A stretch of DNA of 64,000 bases. Source: an uncultured Gammaproteobacteria bacterium (GTDB lineage: Bacteria; Patescibacteriota; Microgenomatia; UBA8517). Both the position numbers and the translations under genes were made by a program. Of this stretch, positions 29,508-38,288 are shown one piece after another; positions within the stretch are counted from its first letter, which is position 1, and each line of letters begins with the position of its first letter. Below the pieces are notes generated by a model. The model was not told the DNA's origin. It saw only the letters and a program-made list of their open reading frames with translations, and ran no database searches. The stretch lies in contig CAZAXL010000002.1 of assembly GCA_964489145.1 (NCBI GenBank), forward strand, positions 2,992 through 66,991, in the 5' to 3' direction.

Positions 29508-29553
29508 AATGCCCGTCCGACTCGCAAGAGCTCGCTCAGGGTCCAAAACCAAA

Positions 29554-30351
29554 ATGATAAATACAATTTTAGGATTAAAAGGAGTTTGTTCCCAAACCTT
29601 TGTAGGAGGGTTTAGAATTCCCGTTACCAAAGTGTCCGCGGGTCCTTGTGTCGTGACACAAATTAAAAAAATGGACAAGGACGGATACTTCGCAGTACAG
29701 CTCGGTTTTTCCTCAAGAAGAGCAAAAAATACTTCAAAATCACTTCAAGGACACCTTAAAGAAACATCAAAAGACAAAAATTTTCCAAGAATTTTACGCG
29801 AGGTTAGGTTTGATAAAGAACCTGAATTTAAAGTAGGAGATGTGGTAAATGCCTCAGATATATTTAAACGCGGGGATGTTATTGCTGTAACCGGAGTTTC
29901 AAAGGGAAAAGGATTTGCTGGAGTTGTTAAGAAACATCACTTTAGGGGTGGTCCCAGAACTCACGGACAATCCGATAGGGAGCGTGCTCCGGGATCCATT
30001 GGACAAACAACCACCCCGGGAAGAGTTTATAAAGGGAAAAAAATGGCGGGAAGAATGGGAGGAGAAGGTGTAACCATTAAAAATTTGCATGTAATTTCAA
30101 TCAATTCTGAAAACGGCGAAATCGAGATTTCCGGTCAGATTCCCGGGACAACCGGTTCGGTAATAACAATCAAAAAGATCAAATCGGGAAGTCTCAAAGA
30201 CCTTGAAAAAGAGACGGTTGCACAGGTTGTTGAAGGAGAGGCCGCTGCTGTTACTGAAGAAGCTGCAGAGGGCCAAGACCGTCCTACAGAAGCTCCTAAA
30301 GCAGAGGAATCAAAAGCAGAGGCGCCGAAGGCAAAGGAGGCTAAGAAATGA
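29554..30351 (+). CDS. rplC: 50S ribosomal protein L3 with an Ala/Glu/Lys-rich C-terminal extension
   Basis: L3 core (GPCVVTQIKK...GKGFAGVVKKHHF). Start chosen at MINTILG; the track ORF begins earlier in leader sequence. Confidence 0.93.
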   Translation: MINTILGLKGVCSQTFVGGFRIPVTKVSAGPCVVTQIKKMDKDGYFAVQLGFSSRRAKNTSKSLQGHLKETSKDKNFPRILREVRFDKEPEFKVGDVVNASDIFKRGDVIAVTGVSKGKGFAGVVKKHHFRGGPRTHGQSDRERAPGSIGQTTTPGRVYKGKKMAGRMGGEGVTIKNLHVISINSENGEIEISGQIPGTTGSVITIKKIKSGSLKDLEKETVAQVVEGEAAAVTEEAAEGQDRPTEAPKAEESKAEAPKAKEAKK

Positions 30352-31019
30352 AAATACAAACATTTACAGTTAAAGGAATAAAAAGTGATGATGCAGGTTT
30401 ACCCAAAGAGTTTGATCAAAAAGTCAACCTTCCGCTTTTGGCTCAGGCAATTCATGTCTATGAAGAAAGAGGTCATGTTGGACTTAGAAAAACAAAGACC
30501 AGGTCGGAAGTAAACAGAACTTCCAAGAAACTTTACAAACAAAAAGGAACCGGAGGGGCCCGTCACGGAAGCCGCCGTGCCAATGTTTTTGTCGGTGGAG
30601 GAGTAGCTCTCGGCCCAAGGCCTATCCGAAGGGTGTTAAATCTTCCAAACGACATCAAAAGTAAAGCCAGGATTTTTGCTTTTGCAATGAAGGCGGAAGA
30701 AAAACAGATAGTTTTTGTTTCTGGGGTAGCAAAATTGGATAAAACGAAGGCCGCAGAGGAACTTGTTAAAGCCCTTACTAAGGCTACAGGCGCCAAAAGA
30801 TTCACATTTGTACTTTCCGAAAAATCAAAAGAAGCTGTCAAGGCTTTAAGAAATTTGGTGCACGCAAAAGCCATTTTTTACAAAGATTCAAATGCACTTG
30901 ATATTTATAGAGGTGGAATGATTGTAATGGATAACGAAATATTTAAGGCAAATAAAGACAGTAAAGTCACTGAAACAGTAAAGGTTGTAAAGACTGAAAA
31001 GAAAGCTAAACAAAAATAA
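30348..31019 (+). CDS. rplD: 50S ribosomal protein L4
   Basis: L4 signature (KQKGTGGARHGSRRANVFVGGG). Confidence 0.95.
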   Translation: MKIQTFTVKGIKSDDAGLPKEFDQKVNLPLLAQAIHVYEERGHVGLRKTKTRSEVNRTSKKLYKQKGTGGARHGSRRANVFVGGGVALGPRPIRRVLNLPNDIKSKARIFAFAMKAEEKQIVFVSGVAKLDKTKAAEELVKALTKATGAKRFTFVLSEKSKEAVKALRNLVHAKAIFYKDSNALDIYRGGMIVMDNEIFKANKDSKVTETVKVVKTEKKAKQK

Positions 31020-31021
31020 AC

Positions 31022-31297
31022 ATGTTGAAACCAATTTTTACAGAAAAAAGTTTAAGAGAAGCAAAACTCGGGAACTACACTTTCAGGGTTGATAATCATA
31101 TGAACAAGAAACAAATTGCTGTCAAAGTTGAGCAACTTTTTGATGTAAAAGTAACCGCAGTCAGAACCACAAAAACCGGTCCTGAAAAAGGTAAAAATGC
31201 CAAGGGCAGAAAATTTACGGTCGGAATGGCTAAAAAAGCAATAATAACACTTAAAAGCGGCGATAAAATCGATATTTTTGAAGAAGGTAAGAAATAA
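31022..31297 (+). CDS. rplW: 50S ribosomal protein L23
   Basis: L23 fold; conserved position. Confidence 0.93.
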   Translation: MLKPIFTEKSLREAKLGNYTFRVDNHMNKKQIAVKVEQLFDVKVTAVRTTKTGPEKGKNAKGRKFTVGMAKKAIITLKSGDKIDIFEEGKK

Positions 31298-31310
31298 GCA
31301 ATAAAATATT

Positions 31311-32063
31311 ATGAAGGCATTTAAAAAAATTCTAGCTAAAAAATCGGGCAGGTCTCACGGAGTAGTTACCGTAAGGCATCAGGGTGGTCGTGAAAAAAGA
31401 TTTTTGCGTACTATCGATTTCAGGAGAAATAAAAAGGATATTTGGGGAGTTGTTGAGAAAATAGAATACGATCCCAATAGAAATGCAGATATAGCTCTGA
31501 TATTATACGAGGATGGAGAAAGGCGTTATATTCTTTGCCCTGTAGGGCTTAGTGTAGGATCAAAAGTTATAGCCTCGGAAGTTGCTCCTACTGAGTCGGG
31601 AAACGCGCTTTCTCTCAAAGCCATTCCGGTAGGAACCCCGGTTCACAATATAGAACTGACAAAGGGGAAGGGTGGTCAGATAGTTAAAGGGGCAGGAAGT
31701 GTGGCGGTGGTTTTTGGAAAAGAAGACAAATGGGTTTTGGTTAAGCTTCCGTCGGGAGAGATAAGAAGGTTTGATCCGGGATGTATGGCGGAAATAGGTC
31801 AAATCGGAAACGTTGAGTCCAAAAATGAAGTCATTGGAAAAGCCGGAAGAAACAGACACAAGGGAATCCGTCCAAGCGTTCGTGGAGTAGCCATGAACCC
31901 GCATTCCCATCCGCACGGAGGAGGAGAAGGAAGAAGTAGCGTCGGAATGAAATACCCAAAGACCGTTTACGGGAGACGCGCAGTCGGAAAAACCAGAGGG
32001 AAAAAGAGATATTCCAATCGTTTAATAATTCAAAGAAGAGGAGGAAAATCAGTACTAGGCTAA
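31311..32063 (+). CDS. rplB: 50S ribosomal protein L2 (short N-terminus)
   Basis: YDPNR...ILCP and [16 protein letters not shown] motifs. Confidence 0.96.
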   Translation: MKAFKKILAKKSGRSHGVVTVRHQGGREKRFLRTIDFRRNKKDIWGVVEKIEYDPNRNADIALILYEDGERRYILCPVGLSVGSKVIASEVAPTESGNALSLKAIPVGTPVHNIELTKGKGGQIVKGAGSVAVVFGKEDKWVLVKLPSGEIRRFDPGCMAEIGQIGNVESKNEVIGKAGRNRHKGIRPSVRGVAMNPHSHPHGGGEGRSSVGMKYPKTVYGRRAVGKTRGKKRYSNRLIIQRRGGKSVLG

Positions 32064-32064
32064 T

Positions 32065-32346
32065 ATGGCAAGAAGTTCTAAAAAAGGGCCTTTTGTAGAC
32101 CCAATACTAGTTAAAAAAGTTGAAAAAGGAATGGGGCTTAAGGAAAGTCCTATTAAGACGTGGTCAAGAAGGTGTCAAATTTCACCGGATTTTGTCGGTA
32201 AATATTTCCAGGTTCATAACGGACATGTTTTTATTGATGTTTTTGTAACTGAGGATATGGTTGGTCACAGACTTGGAGAATTTTCACCCACAAGAACATT
32301 TAGAGGACATGGAGAAATTGTAAAGCGCACAATGGACAAGACCTAA
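32065..32346 (+). CDS. rpsS: 30S ribosomal protein S19
   Basis: S19 signature (KKGPFVD...GHVFIDV). Confidence 0.96.
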   Translation: MARSSKKGPFVDPILVKKVEKGMGLKESPIKTWSRRCQISPDFVGKYFQVHNGHVFIDVFVTEDMVGHRLGEFSPTRTFRGHGEIVKRTMDKT

Positions 32347-32347
32347 C

Positions 32348-32773
32348 ATGAAGAATATGAATAATCAAAAAGAATTCAAAGCAACACAAAAATATTTATT
32401 GATGAGCCCCAGGAAAGTAAGACTTGTTGTTGGGGTAATCAAGAAAATGAAGCCGGCGGAAGCCGTTGAAAAATTGCCTTTTGTACAAAAAAGGGCAGCG
32501 GGGGACTTGGGTAAAGTGATCAAAAGCGCGATTGCCGCAGCTAAAGTTCAAGGAGTTTCTGATACGGATTTGGTTTTCAAAGAAATTCAAATCGGTGAAG
32601 GGCCCCGTCTCAAAAGAGGCAAACCCGTCAGCCGCGGTATGTGGCATCCCTTCAAAAGAAGAATGAGCCATATCAGGGTCGTGTTAACGACCGTAGAAAA
32701 ACCAGTTGTTGTCGAAAAGACAGAAAAAATTGAGGTAAAAGAGAAAGGAGAAAAAAATGGGGCAAAAAGTTAA
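32348..32773 (+). CDS. rplV: 50S ribosomal protein L22 with a Lys/Glu-rich C-terminal tail
   Basis: L22 core; tail VEKTEKIEVKEKGEKNGAKS. Confidence 0.93.
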   Translation: MKNMNNQKEFKATQKYLLMSPRKVRLVVGVIKKMKPAEAVEKLPFVQKRAAGDLGKVIKSAIAAAKVQGVSDTDLVFKEIQIGEGPRLKRGKPVSRGMWHPFKRRMSHIRVVLTTVEKPVVVEKTEKIEVKEKGEKNGAKS

Positions 32774-33410
32774 CCCAACCGGTTTTAGAATTGGCACATT
32801 TCTTCCTTGGAAATCAAGGTGGTTTGCTGATAACAACAGCTTTAAACAGTTTTTGATTGAGGATATCAGGATAAGAAAAGAACTGACTAAAAAGCTTAAA
32901 CTCGCCGGAATTACAGGAGTTGAAATTGAAAGGTCGCCAAAAAGTATTGTTGTTACGATTACAGTAAGCCGTCCGGGTGTTGTAATTGGTAGAGGGGGAA
33001 CCGGAATAGAAGATGTTAAAAAATATATTTTAGGAATCATGAGTGATGTCAGGAAAAAGACGGTTAAAGATCTTAAAATTGATATCCGAATCAATGAGGT
33101 TAAAAGTCCCGAACTTTCGGCATATTTGGTTGCAGAAAGAATTGTTAGCGAGTTGGAGAGAAGAATTCCTCACAGACGTGCAGTTCAAAAAGCAATCGAG
33201 AGAGTTATGGCGTCAGGAGCCCTGGGAATAAAAGTGGTTTTGGCAGGCCGTATAAATGGTGCCGAAATATCCCGTGTCGAGAAATTTCATCAAGGATCGG
33301 TTCCGTCCCAGACTTTGCGCGAGAATATAGACTATGCTCAAGTTCCGGCACTTTTGAAAAGAGGATATGTGGGAGTTAAGGTGTGGATACATAAAAAGAC
33401 TGAAGTCTAA
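32757..33410 (+). CDS. rpsC: 30S ribosomal protein S3
   Basis: MGQKVNPTGFRIG N-terminus and KH domain; overlaps the rplV stop. Confidence 0.96.
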   Translation: MGQKVNPTGFRIGTFLPWKSRWFADNNSFKQFLIEDIRIRKELTKKLKLAGITGVEIERSPKSIVVTITVSRPGVVIGRGGTGIEDVKKYILGIMSDVRKKTVKDLKIDIRINEVKSPELSAYLVAERIVSELERRIPHRRAVQKAIERVMASGALGIKVVLAGRINGAEISRVEKFHQGSVPSQTLRENIDYAQVPALLKRGYVGVKVWIHKKTEV

Positions 33411-33418
33411 TCAAGAAA

Positions 33419-33832
33419 ATGTTGCAACCAAAAAGAAGAAAATACATAAAAGATTTTAGAGGTAGACGTAGAGGGGCTGCTACCCGTGGAAATTCGATTT
33501 CATTCGGAGACTATGCAATGAAAGCGCAAGAAGTTGCTTGGATAACTTCTGCTCAAATTGAGTCAGCCAGAAGAACGATTACACATTCTTTGAAAAGAGG
33601 CGGAAGAGTTTGGGTCAGAGTTTTTCCGGATAAACCAATCACAAGTCGCCCTGCAGGAAAAAGAATGGGTGGAGGAAAAGGAGATATCTCAACCTATGTT
33701 GCGGTTGTTAAACCAGGATTTATCCTTTTTGAGGTTGCAGGTGCCGAAGAAGGGGCAATTAGGGAAGCATTTAGAAAAGCTTCCGCAAAGCTACCTATCG
33801 ACATAAAAGTAGTCAGCAGGGAGGGAAAATAA
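33419..33832 (+). CDS. rplP: 50S ribosomal protein L16
   Basis: MLQPKRRKY...RMGGGKG signature. Confidence 0.96.
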   Translation: MLQPKRRKYIKDFRGRRRGAATRGNSISFGDYAMKAQEVAWITSAQIESARRTITHSLKRGGRVWVRVFPDKPITSRPAGKRMGGGKGDISTYVAVVKPGFILFEVAGAEEGAIREAFRKASAKLPIDIKVVSREGK

Positions 33833-33856
33833 GCAAAGCTTATTTCGGACAAAACA

Positions 33857-34120
33857 ATGAAAAGAAAAGAATTTAACGATTTAAGAGGAAAAAACATACA
33901 GGAGTTGGGGAAAATTGCTTTGGAAAAAAAGCTTGAAGCAGAAAAAGCAAAAATGAAGATGCTTGGTGGAAAAGAGAAAAATTTGAAAGTGCGCAAGAAT
34001 TTAGCTAAGGAAATTGCTAAAATACTAACCCTGGTTCGTGAAAAAGAAATAATTGAGAGTTTGCAGCTAAAATCCTCACCCTCCGAGATTTCGGATGGAC
34101 AGGAGAAAAAAACTAAATAA
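33857..34120 (+). CDS. rpmC: 50S ribosomal protein L29 with a C-terminal extension
   Basis: L29 helical core (ELGKIALEKKLEAEKAKMKM). Confidence 0.85.
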   Translation: MKRKEFNDLRGKNIQELGKIALEKKLEAEKAKMKMLGGKEKNLKVRKNLAKEIAKILTLVREKEIIESLQLKSSPSEISDGQEKKTK

Positions 34121-34132
34121 CTATAAAATATT

Positions 34133-34381
34133 ATGAAAATTTTTAACGGTAAAGTAATCGGAGTCAAACAGGCAAAGACTGCAACTGTTGCCGTGGAGAG
34201 AATGAAAATACACCCGATTTATAAAAAGAGGTTTGTAAGGTCAACTAAATATCAAGTTCATGATGAAATTGGCGTTAAAGTGGGAGATGTTGTGAAGTTT
34301 GCGGACAGCAAACCTTACTCTAAATCTAAAAAATGGAAAATTGTGCAGGTGGTTGGTGATAAAAAGGAGGCTAAAAAATAA
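34133..34381 (+). CDS. rpsQ: 30S ribosomal protein S17
   Basis: S17 signature. Confidence 0.94.
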   Translation: MKIFNGKVIGVKQAKTATVAVERMKIHPIYKKRFVRSTKYQVHDEIGVKVGDVVKFADSKPYSKSKKWKIVQVVGDKKEAKK

Positions 34382-34405
34382 GCAAATCTTATTTATGACA
34401 AAACA

Positions 34406-34771
34406 ATGGTACAACTAAGAACAATGTTGATTCCGGCAGACAATAGCGGTGCTAAGCGAATAATGATTATTGGCGTTCCCGGTAGAGTGGGTAAATTTGC
34501 CACTTTGGGAGATGTGGTTCTTGGGGTTGTAAAAGACGCGGATCCGGCAGGGGTTGTCGCCGACCACGAGAAAGTCAAAGTTCTCATAGTCAGAACCCAC
34601 AAAGAAGTTAGAAGAAAAGACGGAAGTTATGTCAGATTTGATGATAATGCAGGTGTTGTAATTGATAAACAGGGACTTCCCAGAGGGACCAGAATTTTAG
34701 GACCTATTGCAAGGGAAGTTAAAGAGGCAGGCTACAATAAAATAGCATCGCTTGCCCGCGAAGTAGTATAA
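34406..34771 (+). CDS. rplN: 50S ribosomal protein L14
   Basis: ADNSGAK motif. Confidence 0.96.
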   Translation: MVQLRTMLIPADNSGAKRIMIIGVPGRVGKFATLGDVVLGVVKDADPAGVVADHEKVKVLIVRTHKEVRRKDGSYVRFDDNAGVVIDKQGLPRGTRILGPIAREVKEAGYNKIASLAREVV

Positions 34772-34807
34772 GCAAAGCTTGCAACTTAAGAAGTTGTAAA
34801 TAAAAAT

Positions 34808-35122
34808 ATGTTGAAATTTAAAAAAGGAGATACAGTCAAAATAACAGCAGGAAAAGACAAAGGAAGAGAAGGTAAAATTGAAAAAATTCTGTCCAGCGAA
34901 TTAAAAGCCTTGATTCCCGGAGTTAACCTTTACAAAAAACACGTTAAGGGGTTTGGCGATGTAAAAGGTGGAATTTATGATATTCCAAGACCATTAGGTT
35001 TTGGTAAAATTGCCGTTGTTTGTCCTAAATGTAAAAAAATGACAAGAGTAGGATTTAAATTTGCAGGCGAAGAAAAGGTTAGAACATGCAAAAAATGCGG
35101 AAAGGAAATGGACACAAAATGA
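34808..35122 (+). CDS. rplX: 50S ribosomal protein L24 with a C-terminal C4 zinc-ribbon extension
   Basis: KOW motif (KKGDTVKITAGKDKGREGKI) followed by CPKC...CKKC. Confidence 0.9.
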   Translation: MLKFKKGDTVKITAGKDKGREGKIEKILSSELKALIPGVNLYKKHVKGFGDVKGGIYDIPRPLGFGKIAVVCPKCKKMTRVGFKFAGEEKVRTCKKCGKEMDTK

Positions 35123-35664
35123 TAACAAGATTACAGGAAAAATACGAAAAAGAGGTTAAGAATGTTTTAGCCAAGGAGTTTGGAACCAAAAATACGTTCG
35201 CAATTCCGAAAGTTGAAAAAGTTGTTATTAATATAGGAATAGGAAATCTTTCAAAAAACCAGCAACAAACAGATGCTTTGAAAAAAGATTTGGCGACGAT
35301 TACAGGACAAGCCCCATCGGTTCGTAACGCAAAAGTGTCAATTGCCTCCTTCTCGCTTCGCGCAGGAATGCCGGTAGGCCTTAGTGTAACCTTAAGAGGT
35401 GGACGAATGTACTCTTTCTTAGACAGGCTTTTTTCGATAGTTTTGCCCCGTCTGAGGGACTTTAGAGGAGTGTCTTTAAAGTCCTTTGATGAAATGGGAA
35501 ACTACACTCTGGGACTGGAGGAACATACGGTGTTTCCTGAAATAGATTCGACCAAAAGTGCAAGTGCCCATGGATTTGAAGTTACAATTGTTACGACTGC
35601 CAAAGACAAGGAACAATCAAAAAGGTTATTAGAGTTAATGGGTATGCCGTTCCAAAAAGATTGA
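35119..35664 (+). CDS. rplE: 50S ribosomal protein L5
   Basis: L5 signature. Start at MITRLQEKY; the ATGA overlaps the rplX stop. Confidence 0.95.
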   Translation: MITRLQEKYEKEVKNVLAKEFGTKNTFAIPKVEKVVINIGIGNLSKNQQQTDALKKDLATITGQAPSVRNAKVSIASFSLRAGMPVGLSVTLRGGRMYSFLDRLFSIVLPRLRDFRGVSLKSFDEMGNYTLGLEEHTVFPEIDSTKSASAHGFEVTIVTTAKDKEQSKRLLELMGMPFQKD

Positions 35665-35686
35665 TAGTTTTAAATTAAATAAAAAT

Positions 35687-35872
35687 ATGTCAACGACAGC
35701 AAAAGAAGTTAGAGAAACAAAAAAATTAAAGTTTAAGGTAAGATATCACAACAGGTGTCAAATCTGCGGAAGGTCACGTGGCTATATGCGCAGGTTTGGT
35801 CTTTGCAGACTTTGTTTCAGAGAACATGCCCTGAGAGGAGAAATCCCGGGAGTTAGAAAGGCGTCCTGGTAA
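35687..35872 (+). CDS. rpsN: 30S ribosomal protein S14, zinc-binding type Z
   Basis: [23 protein letters not shown]. Confidence 0.95.
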   Translation: MSTTAKEVRETKKLKFKVRYHNRCQICGRSRGYMRRFGLCRLCFREHALRGEIPGVRKASW

Positions 35873-35885
35873 ACCTGGCAAAAAA

Positions 35886-36281
35886 ATGAAAATAAAACAA
35901 ACAGTAACAAACTATTCTGTAGGAGACTTTTTGATTAGAATCAAAAATGTCGCAATGGCAAAAAATAAGGAAGTAACGGTTACCTCCAATAATCAAATAG
36001 TTGCCGTTGCGGAAGCTCTTAAGAAAATGGGGTTTTTGGATGAAGTAAAAAAGGAAAAAGGAATTTTGACTGCAAGGCTAACTTTTAAAGACAAGAGACC
36101 AAGACTGATGGACATAAAACTCATTTCAAAACCCGGTCTTAGGGTTTATATGGGAGTTGACGAACTTGAGAAAAAAAAGAGTCCTTCCGTTCTTTTGGTT
36201 TCGACACCAAAAGGAGTGGTTTCGTCTTTGAAAGCAATTAAAGATAGGGTCGGGGGAGAAGTAATCGCAGAGATTTGGTAA
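35886..36281 (+). CDS. rpsH: 30S ribosomal protein S8
   Basis: S8 signature. Confidence 0.95.
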   Translation: MKIKQTVTNYSVGDFLIRIKNVAMAKNKEVTVTSNNQIVAVAEALKKMGFLDEVKKEKGILTARLTFKDKRPRLMDIKLISKPGLRVYMGVDELEKKKSPSVLLVSTPKGVVSSLKAIKDRVGGEVIAEIW

Positions 36282-36296
36282 CTATAAAATAAATAT

Positions 36297-36851
36297 ATGA
36301 GCAAGATAGGAAAACAACCAGTTATTATACCGAGCGGAGTCACTGTTGGTGTTGATGGACATACGGTTATCATTACCGGTCCAAAAGGAACATTGAAGAA
36401 GCATTTTGCTGCCGAGATTGCGGTAGAGGTAAACGATGGAAAGGTAATTGTAAGTGCCAAGGGTTCGGGAAAATATGTGATGTCCCTCTTTGGAACAACA
36501 AGGGCACTTATCAATAATGATGTGATTGGGGTTTCCACGGGTTGGAGTAAAAAATTGGAACTTGTCGGAACAGGATTTAAAGCAGAGCTTGTCGGACGCG
36601 ATTTATCCTTAACTGTGGGATATTCCCATTCTATTAAAATTAACGCCCCCGAAGGGATTACTTTTAAAGTTGAAAAGACAATAATTACCGTTGACGGATT
36701 TGACAGAGAACTTGTTGGCCAGGTTGCTGCCAATATAAGAGCAGTGAGGCCGCCGGAGCCATATAAAGGAAAAGGTATTAAATATATAGATGAGGTGATA
36801 AGGAGAAAAGCCGGTAAGGCTGCTGCAGCTAAAGCAGGTCCTGCCGCCTAA
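36297..36851 (+). CDS. rplF: 50S ribosomal protein L6
   Basis: L6 two-domain signature. Confidence 0.95.
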   Translation: MSKIGKQPVIIPSGVTVGVDGHTVIITGPKGTLKKHFAAEIAVEVNDGKVIVSAKGSGKYVMSLFGTTRALINNDVIGVSTGWSKKLELVGTGFKAELVGRDLSLTVGYSHSIKINAPEGITFKVEKTIITVDGFDRELVGQVAANIRAVRPPEPYKGKGIKYIDEVIRRKAGKAAAAKAGPAA

Positions 36852-36855
36852 TATT

Positions 36856-37215
36856 ATGAGTAATTTACAATTAAAAACAAAAAGATACGTTCAGAGGAAA
36901 GCAAGAGTCCGTGCAAGAATTACGGGGACGTCTAAAAGGCCGAGATTTTCGGTTTTCCGTTCCAATGCGCACATTTATGGACAAATTATTAATGATGAGA
37001 AGAGTATTACTTTAGTTTCTTCATCTGACTTGACCGTCAAAGGAAAAACTAAGGAGACCAAGATTCAAATTGCTGAAAACGTCGGAGAAGATTTGGCAAA
37101 AAAGGCAATCGCCAAAAAGATTAAAAGTGTGGTTTTTGACAGAAACGGATTTAGATTCCATGGTAGAGTTAAGGCGTTGGCGGAAGGAGCCAGAAAAGGA
37201 GGACTAGAATTTTAA
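36856..37215 (+). CDS. rplR: 50S ribosomal protein L18
   Basis: L18 signature. Confidence 0.94.
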   Translation: MSNLQLKTKRYVQRKARVRARITGTSKRPRFSVFRSNAHIYGQIINDEKSITLVSSSDLTVKGKTKETKIQIAENVGEDLAKKAIAKKIKSVVFDRNGFRFHGRVKALAEGARKGGLEF

Positions 37216-37216
37216 A

Positions 37217-37711
37217 ATGGGAAACTTTAATAGAGGAAGAAGAAGTAATTACGAAGGAGCACCTAAAGAGTTTGAGGAAACGGTGGTTCAAATCAACAGG
37301 ATTTCCAAAAAGACCAAAGGTGGAAACCAAATAAGGTTTTCTGCTCTAGTTGTTGTTGGAGACCGAAAAGGAAAAGTTGGAGTAGGACTTGCCAAAGCAA
37401 CAGATGTCAGGAACGCCATTAGAAAAGCAATAGAGGCAGCAAAAAGAAAGCTGATTCTGGTTCCACTTGTCGGCACAACCGTTCCTTATTCCGTTAGTGA
37501 AAAGTTCTCGGCAGCCAAGGTGCTTCTCAAGCCGGCTCCCCCCGGATCCGGTATTATTGCAGGAGGCCCAATGAGAGTTGTTCTTGAGGCGGCTGGAATC
37601 AGAGACGCAGTCGGAAAGATTTTGGGAACAAAAAATAAAATTTCAAATGTTTATGCGACGCTTAAAGCACTGGAAACAATTTCAGGAATAGTTAACATTA
37701 AAAGAAAATAA
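37217..37711 (+). CDS. rpsE: 30S ribosomal protein S5
   Basis: S5 dsRBD and C-terminal domain. Confidence 0.95.
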   Translation: MGNFNRGRRSNYEGAPKEFEETVVQINRISKKTKGGNQIRFSALVVVGDRKGKVGVGLAKATDVRNAIRKAIEAAKRKLILVPLVGTTVPYSVSEKFSAAKVLLKPAPPGSGIIAGGPMRVVLEAAGIRDAVGKILGTKNKISNVYATLKALETISGIVNIKRK

Positions 37712-37712
37712 T

Positions 37713-38153
37713 ATGGCAAATTTACCAAAAGTAATACAAAAATCTAAAAAAAGAGTCGGTAGGGGAATGGGAAGCGGAAAAGGATCTCATACCACGGGGC
37801 GTGGTCAAAAAGGACAAAAAAGCAGAGGCACAATCGGAGTGCTTTTTGAGGGAATGAAAATGAGGAAATCTCTACTTAAAAGACTTCCTTTAATGCGCGG
37901 TAAAGGCAAGTTCCATGCAAAAGCACGACCAGAAATAGTTAACTATAAAAGGCTTGAAAAGCTTGTTGATGGAACAGAAATTACACTTGAGAAACTTATC
38001 AAATTGGGTGTGGTAAACGGAAAGTTGGCAAAAATTAACGGAGTAAAAGTTTTGAGTGTTGGTAAAAACCCAAAGAAATTTAAGTTCTCAGTCCCTACCT
38101 CAGGAAAGGTTATTGCTGTTACCGCCGCCCCCAAAAAACCCTCCAAAGAATAA
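37713..38153 (+). CDS. rplO: 50S ribosomal protein L15
   Basis: L15 signature. It starts 1 nt after rpsE, leaving no room for rpmD (L30). Confidence 0.95.
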   Translation: MANLPKVIQKSKKRVGRGMGSGKGSHTTGRGQKGQKSRGTIGVLFEGMKMRKSLLKRLPLMRGKGKFHAKARPEIVNYKRLEKLVDGTEITLEKLIKLGVVNGKLAKINGVKVLSVGKNPKKFKFSVPTSGKVIAVTAAPKKPSKE

Positions 38154-38288
38154 CTCAAAATTTAGCTATAGTCCTGAGCGTAGTCGAAGGAAAAAGGAAG
38201 CCAAAGCCGCGAGTTTTGTGAAATCCTCCAACTGCCAGTAAACACAGCTGTTTTTAGGATCATTTTTGGGATATAATCGTGAATACGT

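Noticed and set aside
36146-36733. 195-aa minus-strand ORF
   Set aside because: Antisense to rpsH and rplF, both highly conserved.
38154-38288. Possible ncRNA in the 135-nt rplO–secY spacer
   Set aside because: It contains only an 8-nt palindrome (ACAGCTGT) and a TATAAT box at 38269-38274. It is more simply the secY promoter region.
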